Shown: in pieces, positions 53,001 to 61,087 of the stretch
How the letters are laid out: each line of letters starts with the position of its first letter
How positions within the stretch are numbered: position 1 is the stretch's first letter
Assembly (NCBI GenBank): GCA_050175015.1
Contig: JBFXJJ010000008.1
Location: forward strand, 1-64,000
Direction: 5' to 3'
Origin: Alphaproteobacteria bacterium
GTDB taxonomy: Bacteria; Pseudomonadota; Alphaproteobacteria; JBFXJJ01
Length of the DNA: 64,000 bases
Made by a program: the position numbers and the translations under genes
Notes under the pieces: model-generated
Seen by the model: only the letters and a program-made list of their open reading frames with translations
The model's database searches: none
What the model was told of the DNA's origin: nothing

Positions 53001-53550
53001 TTTGTTCAAACTTGGGCTTAAATTCGTTATAAAACTCGTTGGTTACGGCATCGATTGAAAAGGCTTTTAATATATTGGTTATAGAAGAAAAGTCAGCCTT
53101 GCCGATTTGGGTTCTAAAAGTTTTGTTGGGCTTTTTCGGGTCAATAAAATAGGTGTATCGTTTATAATTGCCAAATTCTCTTTTTTTGCCTGCATAATGA
53201 ACATTGATAAAGCTGAATCTTGCTTTGCCCTCGTTATCTGTAAATACAAAGATACCTGCATCATAAAAGCCTTCTTTAATGGCTTTTTTAGCAATGTCAT
53301 ATTGTGCTTTTTTACTGCTACGCTCGGAAAGCCCTTTTTCTAATTCTCCAAGCAAAACAATGAGTTTTGAGCCTGTTCCAAATTCTATTTCACCTAACTT
53401 TTTTAATGATGAGCAAAAGGAATCTTCATCAATATGATGCGGAAGGTCTTCTTCTTGCGGTGTAAAAAAATCAGATTTTGAACGCAAAAAAGAAACAATC
53501 GTTTCTTTAGACACTTGATTTATAAGCTTTTCAATCGGATTTGGGGACAT
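50017..53550 (-). CDS. Eco57I/type IIG-like N6-adenine DNA methyltransferase with target-recognition domain
   Basis: GAVYTP, DPAAGSGAF (motif I) and IIGNPPY (motif IV); start placed at MSPNP. Confidence 0.9.
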   Translation of the reverse strand: MSPNPIEKLINQVSKETIVSFLRSKSDFFTPQEEDLPHHIDEDSFCSSLKKLGEIEFGTGSKLIVLLGELEKGLSERSSKKAQYDIAKKAIKEGFYDAGIFVFTDNEGKARFSFINVHYAGKKREFGNYKRYTYFIDPKKPNKTFRTQIGKADFSSITNILKAFSIDAVTNEFYNEFKPKFEQIAKSVKEIEDTSTKEDFALLFVIRTIFIGFVQKRGWLGGDQEFLQNFWLEYKAKFNGDNKFYKNWLEPLFFEALNSTPGTQVKYRNNDFSEKTQKTLQMAPFLNGELFKQKTGVDLASAYIPDKEIEAFFEFLFQYNFTIEENTNYDEELELNPEFLGIIFERLVNKKDGAVYTPRTEVDLMCRLSLVKWLEKNSNCTKQDLYHFIFREMGVDKEFDECQKQGDFTAKEIKGLIELLQNITICDPAAGSGAFEVGMMQVLDELLGSLQTRNNCPDEYKNYSAFDRKKEIIAKSLYGVEVKRWAVWINQLRLWLSLFIDMPEDKNTSFEPLLPSLNFKVRCGDSLVQRIGGKLFPIQGHASISQSIKAKVTKLKNAKIDFFNNKNGVDIHSIRNMEKNLFLDLLHDEITNKKEKLNEYMKTYSKQGSLIEFGEKTKKENSASLEKEKEQLREEIALLQEEAKNLTDNHPLVWNIEFAEIFGEKGGFDIIIGNPPYVRQEEISDPNGLVKDNKDYKDLLEQTVKVDYPSYFKAKTKTDKKSDLYVYFYLHTLRILNPKGIHCFVCSNSWLDVGYGAWLQEFLLNNVEMHYIIDNQVKRSFANADVNTIISIFSAPEDKFQKKDKKVKFVAFKKPFEEVVVTENLLEIENTNGILKTGSFRVYSINYDELYEAGVDENKYIGDKWGGKYLRAPDIFFTILEKGKDKLVKLKDVAEVRRGITTGCNEFFYLTDTQAKEWGIEEEFLKPATMKTNELKKIDVSKIKPKGFLFLCDKSKTELQGTNALKYIKWGEIAEIEIKQGKDKGKKLTGFHNIETVKNRKLWYFLGDRKEAEILWIIAHNDRNIAFLNSDRLVGDNFFEITVCKTNKINTLLFLNSTTTNLFRELYGRSNFGGGVLKTQKPDLNNFILLKDDCVNFSKLNTNNLFNREIKNIFEECGIDPKSDIPIEEQEPKPLADRKELDDIVFDAIGLTIDERKEVYRSVCQLVYNRISKAKSV

Positions 53551-53563
53551 TTGCAAATTGCCT

Positions 53564-54586
53564 TTATTTCTTTCTAATAGGTTTGAAAGTTTTGTTTTCA
53601 TTAATTAGGGCTATAATTTCATCAATGTTTTTAATGCTATTAATTGTAAGTTCACAACATTCAACACCATAAAATTTTTGCACGCTTTCTGAAAGGTCTT
53701 CAACCTCATGCTGTTTTATTTTTTGTTTTGCCTGACCCGACGGCATAGTAATAACTAACCTGACCTTTTTCTTTCTCATATAAAGATAAGCAAAATTCTT
53801 TTTGTTATGTTGAATTGAAACATAATATTTTTGAGGATTAATTTTTATATCGGTTATTGAATTTTTAATGGTTTCATAAATTTCTTTAACCTGATTTTCA
53901 ACCCCTTCTAAATGAAATTCTTCGGTATAAGTTTTTTTAAGGTTGTTTGGCTCATCATCTTCAGCTTCTTCAATGTTTGTTTCAACCATTTCTATGACTT
54001 CAAAGTCTGGCTCTGATGTAAAAATAACTTCGCCGTTGTTATGAAATTCTTTGATTATCATAATTTTAACCATTTTATCCCAAGTGTCGGTATAGGTCGC
54101 CATTATTTCGGGAAGCTCTGGTTTTTTCTCATCTATAACAAGCAAAATATTCTGGGAATCTTCAACAATGTCCTTTATGCCTTTATAAAGTTCGTTGGTG
54201 CCAATATATTCAATGAATTCGCTCTTCAATTCTGAATCTGTATTTACAATAATAAATATTTTCTCTATTAAATCTGTTCTACTTGAAGAGTTTTTGAAAA
54301 AAGCAAAAAACTTAGTAACTTGAGGAAAGATATGATTAAAAAAAGAGTGTCCTACAAGCTCAAATTCAACCAAATAAAAATCGGGGCTTTCTGGCTTAGT
54401 AAAATCGAACAAAAAACCATCTGGTATTGATTTTCCTAATTCTTGAGTTGCTATTTTCTTTTTTGGTATGTAAACAGTCTTTTCACCAAAAAGAAGTTTG
54501 TAATTATCAAGAAGAGTATTCTCGTAATCACTTTCTTTGCTGTATTTTTTCTCTAAAAACCGCTTTCCCTTATAAAATAAACTCAT
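53564..54586 (-). CDS. PD-(D/E)XK (NucS-like) plus DUF5655-like protein, first gene of the RM-like operon
   Basis: IPDGFLFD..YLVEFEL motif; C-terminal YTEEFHL..QKYYV..FA. Confidence 0.6.
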   Translation of the reverse strand: MSLFYKGKRFLEKKYSKESDYENTLLDNYKLLFGEKTVYIPKKKIATQELGKSIPDGFLFDFTKPESPDFYLVEFELVGHSFFNHIFPQVTKFFAFFKNSSSRTDLIEKIFIIVNTDSELKSEFIEYIGTNELYKGIKDIVEDSQNILLVIDEKKPELPEIMATYTDTWDKMVKIMIIKEFHNNGEVIFTSEPDFEVIEMVETNIEEAEDDEPNNLKKTYTEEFHLEGVENQVKEIYETIKNSITDIKINPQKYYVSIQHNKKNFAYLYMRKKKVRLVITMPSGQAKQKIKQHEVEDLSESVQKFYGVECCELTINSIKNIDEIIALINENKTFKPIRKK

Positions 54587-54739
54587 TTTTTACCTGTGTT
54601 TTAATTGATTGTTTGAACATTTAATTAGATAGCATAAACTAATATTTATTTCTATAAAAATGGTAATCATTAATTGCTAGTTATTTTTAGTTTTCCTCGT
54701 TGAGCAATGAAATTGCGAATAAGATAATCCAAGTTTGTT

Positions 54740-54776
54740 GGCAGGAGAAAAGTGATATTACTTTTCATGTCCTGCC
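54740..54776 (+). other. Candidate oriT (MOBP-type nic region)
   Basis: GGCAGGA-GAAAAGT-GATATT-ACTTTTC-ATG-TCCTGCC hairpin; ACTTTTCATGTCCTG^CC resembles RP4 ACTTCACCTATCCTG^CC. Confidence 0.5.
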
Positions 54777-55103
54777 TTCTTAACCTAATAAGACACATTG
54801 CGAAAGATTGCAAAAGAGGTGGAATAATTGATAAATTTTGCAAAAGATGTGCAAAGCCTTTGTTTGTAAGGGTTTGATACTGGCTTAATTATGCAAAAAT
54901 TGAGAAAGAACTGGATTTTTTGAGAAAGAATAACAAAAATTGAAAAACTTGGAGAAACTCCTTATTTTTCAACGGTTTTAAGGGGTTAAAATTGATAAAA
55001 TTTGCAAAAGAAGTGGACTCTTGTGGAATCTCTTAAATCCTCTTAAACTAGCTGATAAAATGTGATAATTTTTAAGGAAAGCCTTGTTTTTCAGAGCTTT
55101 AGC

Positions 55104-55394
55104 TTACAGGTTAAGATTTTTGCTCATTTTATTATGCAAAACCCTTACTATGAAGATATTGTCCTTTGAGACTTTGTAAAAAACATTATGGCTTTGAATT
55201 GTGTGTTGAAAATAGCCCTGCCTTATATAATCAACGGATACGCCAATATAAGGGTTTTCCTGCAAATTTAAAAAATGCCTTTTTAATTCGTTTATGTAGA
55301 GGTTGGCTTGCTCTTTGCCAAAAACATTAAAGGAATAAAGCCAAATATCTCTAATATCTTTTTCGGCTTTATTTGAAATTGTTAATTTTAACAT
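55104..55394 (-). CDS. parE: ParE/RelE family toxin
   Basis: AEKDIRDIW.YS...FG..QA..Y, P.IG and VRVLH..M motifs. Confidence 0.88.
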   Translation of the reverse strand: MLKLTISNKAEKDIRDIWLYSFNVFGKEQANLYINELKRHFLNLQENPYIGVSVDYIRQGYFQHTIQSHNVFYKVSKDNIFIVRVLHNKMSKNLNL

Positions 55395-55621
55395 CAGTTA
55401 TGTTCTTTGTTTAAAGCTTCGATAATATCATCAATGCTATTAGGGCTTATTCCGCTTTGTTCTCCTTCAATTAAAGCCTGTCTTAAAACTTCAATTTCTT
55501 CGATATTATGGCGGATTAAATCTCTAACATAATCGCTGGCGTTTGCATATTTGCCAGTTTCAACTTGAGTTTCGACCCATGATTTCATGGTGTTTGGTAA
55601 AGATATATTCATTGTTGCCAT
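55394..55621 (-). CDS. parD: ParD-type RHH antitoxin
   Basis: MATMNISLP...G.YANASDYVRDLIR motif. Confidence 0.9.
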   Translation of the reverse strand: MATMNISLPNTMKSWVETQVETGKYANASDYVRDLIRHNIEEIEVLRQALIEGEQSGISPNSIDDIIEALNKEHN

Positions 55622-55699
55622 TTTTCTGTCCTCCTAGATTTATAATGGCATAGATTGGCAAAGATTGTCAATATTATGAGGTTTAAAGTTAAAATATTT

Positions 55700-55737
55700 T
55701 TCACATACCCATACCGAAGCCGTAGCTTTTGGATTTT
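55700..55737. repeat. Duplicate of the relaxase gene 3' end
   Basis: 37/38 identical to 58920-58957; encodes KSKSYGFGMGM* on the minus strand. Confidence 0.9.
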
Positions 55738-55867
55738 ATTATTGCCTCAAGCTTGCGGCAACAAGAGGAGTTCCGTTGTTTTCAATTGCTTAAGCTTTAG
55801 ATTTTTTCAGAAATGGAATCTTAAAGACTCACTTAAACACTCCTAGACTCTCAAAGATTGTTTTAAA

Positions 55868-56161
55868 CTAATGCTGTTTAGCAGTAACAGAAAAAGAAAG
55901 CCCTAATGCGTTAATAACCTGCATAATGGTTGCAAATTCAGGGTTGCCATCTAGTGATAACGCTTTGTAAAGACTGGCTCTACCTAATTTTGACTTCCTA
56001 GCAATCTCAGTCATACCTTTTGCTCTGGCAATATCTCCTAAAGCGGCTGTAACTAAAGCAGGATCATCTTCTTCCATTGCGGCAGAAAGATAAGCAATAA
56101 TATCTTCATCAGTTTTAAGATGTTCTGCAACATCAAAAGGTCTGGTTTTAGTTTTAGTCAT
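55868..56161 (-). CDS. Addiction module antidote protein (HTH)
   Basis: FDVAEHL..AALGDIARAKGM..GRASLYKALS..GNPEF motif. Confidence 0.9.
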   Translation of the reverse strand: MTKTKTRPFDVAEHLKTDEDIIAYLSAAMEEDDPALVTAALGDIARAKGMTEIARKSKLGRASLYKALSLDGNPEFATIMQVINALGLSFSVTAKQH

Positions 56162-56174
56162 ATTACAAAATCCT

Positions 56175-56465
56175 TTATAAGTTCTCTGCGAGCTTAATTG
56201 CTTTTAATATATCTTTTTCTTGAGTTCTTTTGTCTCCGCCAGCCAGCAAAATAACAATCTCTTCGCCCTTTTTGGTAAAATAAATTCTATAGCCAGCTCC
56301 ATAATCTATCTTAAGTTCAGAAACCCCAGAACCTACAGACTTGAAATCGCCAAAATTACCTAAAGAAACACGGCGGATTCTAACATTAATTCTTGCCCTA
56401 GCTTCTTTGTTCTTTAGTTTTGCATACCATTTGGCAAAAACTTCAGTCTGTTCTATTTGTATCAT
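56175..56465 (-). CDS. Addiction module killer protein (RelE/HigB-like)
   Basis: GNFGDFKSVG.GVSELKIDYG.GYRIYF..LLAGGDK.TQ motif. Confidence 0.9.
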   Translation of the reverse strand: MIQIEQTEVFAKWYAKLKNKEARARINVRIRRVSLGNFGDFKSVGSGVSELKIDYGAGYRIYFTKKGEEIVILLAGGDKRTQEKDILKAIKLAENL

Positions 56466-56606
56466 TATAACTGTATCCCACAAAAGACAGTTTTGCAATA
56501 TGATTTTTGTATTGTAAGTGTTTTTAATATAATAATGAGTTTAAAAAACACCTCAATAAATTTGATTAAAGAGGTGATTTTTTATTTTTAAAATCAACTT
56601 TAGTTT

Positions 56607-58769
56607 TTACGTTTTTCTAATTTTTTCAATGAAGCTTGCAACTTCGTTTTTAAGCTCTGCAGACTTTTCAGATAATTCTTTAGAGGCTGATAAAACTTGA
56701 TTAGCAGCCGAACCAGCTTCACCTGCCGCTTGAGTTACACCACTAATATTGCTTGATACTTCTGCTGTTCCTTGTGAGGCTTGCTCAACATTTCTTGAAA
56801 TCTCCGCAGTTGCCGCTCCTTGTTCTTCAACTGCACTTGCTATTGCTGTTGAAATCTCATCAATCTTATTAATAACCTCGCCAATTCTAGTTATAGCTTC
56901 AACTGCATTATTAGTCTTTTCTTGAACATCAGAAATTTGATTAGAGATATCTTCAGTTGCTTTAGCTGTTTGATTAGCTAAGTTTTTAACCTCACTTGCA
57001 ACAACAGCAAAACCTTTACCAGCATCTCCAGCTCTTGCTGCTTCAATTGTAGCATTAAGAGCAAGTAAATTAGTTTGATTTGCAATATCTGTAATAAGTT
57101 CAACCACCTCACTAATTCTTTGAGCTGATTCTGCTAAACTTCCAACAATTTCATTTGTTGAATGAATTTCATTAACAGCTTGTTTTGCAATCTCGGATTC
57201 TTCAGAAACCTGCCTTGAAATTTCAGAAATAGAAGCTGATAATTCCTCAGATGCGGCTGCAACTGTTTGAACATTTGCGGCTGCCTGCTCAGAGGCTGCT
57301 GCAACGGCTGTTGCTTGTTGAGCCGTTTCTTCTGATATAGCTGACATACTCTCAGCTGTTGAATTTAATTCTGTTGAAGCACTTGATACCGCATCAACAA
57401 TACCCATAACTGCCTTTTCAAAATCATCAGCAAGTTTTTGCATCATTACTTTTTTTTCTTCTTCTTCGGCTTTTTGTTTTAATCTTTCTTGTTCTGCTTC
57501 TAGTTCTTTGGTTTTAACCGCATTTTCTTTGAAAACCTCAACAGATTTTGCCATATCGCCAATTTCATCAAAACGATCTTTTCCTTCAATGATAGTGTTT
57601 AAATCACCACCAGAAATACTAAGCATATTTTCTTGTAATTTAAGCAAGACTGATAATTGCTTTCTAAAAAAGAACGCTAAAATAATTGCAATTAGAATAA
57701 TGATAGCAATAGATGTGTAAGTAATTTCTTTAATAGTATCATTAACAATATTTAAAAATAAAGATTGCTCTAATCCTGTAAAATAAATACCTATTATTTC
57801 GCCTTGATTGTTTCTAATGGGATCATAAGCAGTAAAATAAGAACGTCCTAAAATATCAGCCTCACCAACAAAATATTTTCCTTCAAGCATAGCATCATAA
57901 ACTGCACCTCTGGCAAGCAATGTGCCAACAGCTCTTTTACCATCTGCTTGAATAATATTTGTTGAAATGCGTTGAAACTCGGTTTGACCTCCTCTTTCAA
58001 TTCTTTGAAAAATTGTTGCAACTCCGCCTGTCATTTCTGCAACCATATCAACAATTTCAAAATTATCATTTACTATATGAGCATCTGCAAAATCACTTTG
58101 AGGCAAGCCAACAAAATAAATGCCTATTACTTCTCCTTGATTATTTCTAATAGGATCATAAGCAGTAAAATAAGAACGACCTAAAATATCAGCTTCGCCA
58201 ACAAAATATCTGCCAGCTATCATTGCATCATAAACTGCACCTCTGGCAAGTAATGTGCCAACAGCTCTATTGCCATTATCCATAATAATATTTGTTGAAA
58301 TACGTTGAAATTCTGTTTGTCCTCCTCGTTCAATTCTTTGAAAAATTGTTGCAACTCCACCAGATATTTCTTGAACTCTATCCACTATTTCAAAATTATT
58401 ATTAACAATATGATTGCCAACAACAAGATTACCCTCTTCAATTCTTACATTTCTTCCTTTGCTATTGAAAACATCTTTTAAGATATTCATAGACGTTGTT
58501 TGATTATCATTAGCGATTCTTCTTAAAACCGCATTTCCATCAATAACCATTTGCCCGTTTTGAATTGAAACTCTTTCACCTTTACTGTTAAAGGTTGCTT
58601 GCAAAACCTGCATTGCAGTGTTTTGATTGCAGTTTGCCATTTCAAGCATTTGCTCTCTAACACTTCTAGAGGTTTGATAAGTTAATGCCGCCCCTAGAAT
58701 AATTAAGCTTAAAGTGGAGCTTAAAACTATTTTGCTTGAAAATTTAAGTTTTTTGATAAAATCTAACAT
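56607..58769 (-). CDS. Methyl-accepting chemotaxis protein with two Cache domains and HAMP
   Basis: Two TM helices, HAMP (DEIGDMA), [34 protein letters not shown] signalling hairpin. Confidence 0.95.
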   Translation of the reverse strand: MLDFIKKLKFSSKIVLSSTLSLIILGAALTYQTSRSVREQMLEMANCNQNTAMQVLQATFNSKGERVSIQNGQMVIDGNAVLRRIANDNQTTSMNILKDVFNSKGRNVRIEEGNLVVGNHIVNNNFEIVDRVQEISGGVATIFQRIERGGQTEFQRISTNIIMDNGNRAVGTLLARGAVYDAMIAGRYFVGEADILGRSYFTAYDPIRNNQGEVIGIYFVGLPQSDFADAHIVNDNFEIVDMVAEMTGGVATIFQRIERGGQTEFQRISTNIIQADGKRAVGTLLARGAVYDAMLEGKYFVGEADILGRSYFTAYDPIRNNQGEIIGIYFTGLEQSLFLNIVNDTIKEITYTSIAIIILIAIILAFFFRKQLSVLLKLQENMLSISGGDLNTIIEGKDRFDEIGDMAKSVEVFKENAVKTKELEAEQERLKQKAEEEEKKVMMQKLADDFEKAVMGIVDAVSSASTELNSTAESMSAISEETAQQATAVAAASEQAAANVQTVAAASEELSASISEISRQVSEESEIAKQAVNEIHSTNEIVGSLAESAQRISEVVELITDIANQTNLLALNATIEAARAGDAGKGFAVVASEVKNLANQTAKATEDISNQISDVQEKTNNAVEAITRIGEVINKIDEISTAIASAVEEQGAATAEISRNVEQASQGTAEVSSNISGVTQAAGEAGSAANQVLSASKELSEKSAELKNEVASFIEKIRKT

Positions 58770-58839
58770 TTTGATTTCCTTAAAAAAGATTAATATTTTT
58801 GTGCCATTTTACCTTTTTTATTTAATAGTTTTCAAGTTT

Positions 58840-58879
<40 letters not shown>

Positions 58880-58920
58880 GAAAATTCAAGGATTTTTCAA
58901 TTATTTTTTTTGTAATTTAT

Positions 58921-60450
58921 TCACATACCCATACCGAAGCCATAGCTTTTGGATTTTTTTAAGGCAAGTTCTTTTTCTTCTAGGTGTTCTTTATAACTTT
59001 TTTGCATTTTTTGATAAAACTCATTGTTGGTTTTGAGGGTTTCTTTAATGGCTTTGTAAGTTTCATCATCTTTTTTAAGCTCGGGTTTTAGCTCTTTCAT
59101 CATTGCATCAATGGTTTTGCTTTTGGCTCGCTCGGCATTGAGCGTATCAGATATTTTATCATAAACAAAAGAAGGGATAATAACATTGCCGCCAAGTTCT
59201 TCAATGGCAACAACCTTTGGAACTGCATCTTTGCCATCTTCAAGATAATAGAATTTGTTTTCATTGTCATACTTAGCAAGGCTTTTAATCGCTTCTTGTG
59301 CTTCTGGTTTTTGAGGCATTTCAACATAAAAAATGGCTTTTTGTTTTTCTTCAGGTTTAACTTCGAGTTTTATTTCTGGTTTATGGGGTTCTGTTATGTG
59401 TCTGCTGGTTTTGCCAGTATTAAGAAACAAGGCGTTTATTAGTTTTTTCTGAGCAACAATAATTGCCATTGCAAATGGATCTTTTAAGGCTTCAGCCATT
59501 AAAAAATCTTTCCAAGTGTAAAAGGTTTTTTTGAGCAAGGATTGCTCTTTTGGCTTCTTTTTAACGGCTTGGTATTTCTGCCATAAAATAGGCGTGTTAG
59601 GGTGTTTGGTAAGTGGCTTTTCGGTATAGGTTCTTTTGGGTTCAACAATATTTTTTGATTCCTCAAATTTACCTAATCTTTTTTCCAAGGAGTTTTTAGA
59701 AAAACTCCTGTCTAAATCAGATGCTTTAATTGCAACTTTTTCATCTTTAGAAACTATCGCTAAACCGTTGCCTCTTTTTTTAAGAAGCAAACCAGCTTCT
59801 TCAAAAACATTATGTAAATCTTGCCATTTTTGGGCTTGGTTTAATGCTTTGGTTAAGGGTTCTTTTTGCTCTTTAACATAAGAATAAAAGCTTTGTTGCC
59901 AAGTTTTAGCCTCAAAATCTCTGGCTTTCTCGTGAGGTTTTTCATAATTTGGCTCTTTGGTTTTTTCAATACCGTTATCCGTTTTAAGATTATATTTCTT
60001 CTCCATATCTCGGCATACTTTTGAGCGTTTGTAATAATCGTTTGATAAGGTCGCAACGTTGAAAGTTTCAGGGTTTATTTTGTTATAGGCAATATGCATA
60101 TGAAAGTTATCGGTGTTTTGATGCGTGCCGACAACTCTTTGATGGGTTTCTATCCCTAAGGCTTTGGCAAACTCGCATTCAATTGCTTTTAAGGTTTTTA
60201 AATCAGGTTTTTCATCTTTAAAAGAAACTAATAAGTGATAGGTTTTATCAACTTTGCATCTGGTGTTTTTGCTTTGAGTGTTTTCAATATCAATAATGGC
60301 TAAATCTAAATCATCAATGGTTTCGCCAGCAATTGAGTTTACTATCCAAAAATCAGATAGTTTTTCGCCTTCGTCTTCTGCACCTGCAATATATTTAGCA
60401 AGCCTTCTAAAACTGCTCTTTGTTGTTCTTGGAATATGCTTAGAAATCAT
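58921..60450 (-). CDS. MOBP-family conjugative relaxase
   Basis: RLAKYI (catalytic Tyr), YHLLVSF and HQNTDNFHMHI (HUH) motifs. Confidence 0.9.
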   Translation of the reverse strand: MISKHIPRTTKSSFRRLAKYIAGAEDEGEKLSDFWIVNSIAGETIDDLDLAIIDIENTQSKNTRCKVDKTYHLLVSFKDEKPDLKTLKAIECEFAKALGIETHQRVVGTHQNTDNFHMHIAYNKINPETFNVATLSNDYYKRSKVCRDMEKKYNLKTDNGIEKTKEPNYEKPHEKARDFEAKTWQQSFYSYVKEQKEPLTKALNQAQKWQDLHNVFEEAGLLLKKRGNGLAIVSKDEKVAIKASDLDRSFSKNSLEKRLGKFEESKNIVEPKRTYTEKPLTKHPNTPILWQKYQAVKKKPKEQSLLKKTFYTWKDFLMAEALKDPFAMAIIVAQKKLINALFLNTGKTSRHITEPHKPEIKLEVKPEEKQKAIFYVEMPQKPEAQEAIKSLAKYDNENKFYYLEDGKDAVPKVVAIEELGGNVIIPSFVYDKISDTLNAERAKSKTIDAMMKELKPELKKDDETYKAIKETLKTNNEFYQKMQKSYKEHLEEKELALKKSKSYGFGMGM

Positions 60451-60767
60451 AGCTCCTCAATCTTAGCCTTTAAAATTGCTCGTAAATCTGCAATAGCGTT
60501 AATATGTTTGTTTAACTCTTCAGGATAAAAATTTTCATCAAGAGCAAGTTTAAACAGATTACCCAGCCTTGCTAAATCAGCATTGATTTTTAATAAATCA
60601 GATATAGCTTGTTGCTTGCCAATGTTAGGCAAGGGAATATTTAAAACCGCAAATCTTAAAAGCTCTGATTGTGATAAATTATAAGTTTTAGCTAACTCAA
60701 CCAGTTTATCTTTTTCTTGCCTATTAAGATAAACAAGGCTTGCTATGTTTCTTTTATCTGGTTTCAT
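60447..60767 (-). CDS. mobC: MobC relaxosome accessory protein
   Basis: RHH-like LSQSELLR and INADLARLGNL motifs; overlaps the relaxase start. Confidence 0.8.
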   Translation of the reverse strand: MKPDKRNIASLVYLNRQEKDKLVELAKTYNLSQSELLRFAVLNIPLPNIGKQQAISDLLKINADLARLGNLFKLALDENFYPEELNKHINAIADLRAILKAKIEEL

Positions 60768-60769
60768 GG

Positions 60770-61087
60770 CTAAAGCTCTTCATCAGGAATTTTTCTCTTT
60801 GGATCAAAATGAAACTTTTTAATCTCGTGAGGATTATCAGAGCTTAATCTTTTTTCTTCTGCTTCTTTGCGGGCTAAAAGCCTTAAATCTTCAGGGTGCA
60901 TAAAATCTTTTAGATTGATGTGCTTTTTGATAAATCGATAAAAAGATGCTTTAGAGCAGGTTATTTCTCTTTTTTCCTTTAGCTCGTTATAAATGCTATG
61001 CCTTGTATAGCCTTGTTTAAGCAAAAGCCTGATTTTGGCAGTTTTTGCGATTAGTTCATATCTAACTTGGGCGTAATATTTAGTCAT
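60770..61087 (-). CDS. TraK-family oriT-binding protein
   Basis: IRLLLKQGY...IYNEL...ITCSKASFYRFI pattern; mob context. Confidence 0.65.
   Translation of the reverse strand: MTKYYAQVRYELIAKTAKIRLLLKQGYTRHSIYNELKEKREITCSKASFYRFIKKHINLKDFMHPEDLRLLARKEAEEKRLSSDNPHEIKKFHFDPKRKIPDEEL

Noticed and set aside
42257-53550. Complete BREX or DISARM system
   Set aside because: No pglZ, brxC or brxL, and no drmA/drmB (DUF1998) genes are visible.
54790-55100. CRISPR array
   Set aside because: The repeats are short, degenerate and irregularly spaced, and no cas genes are present.
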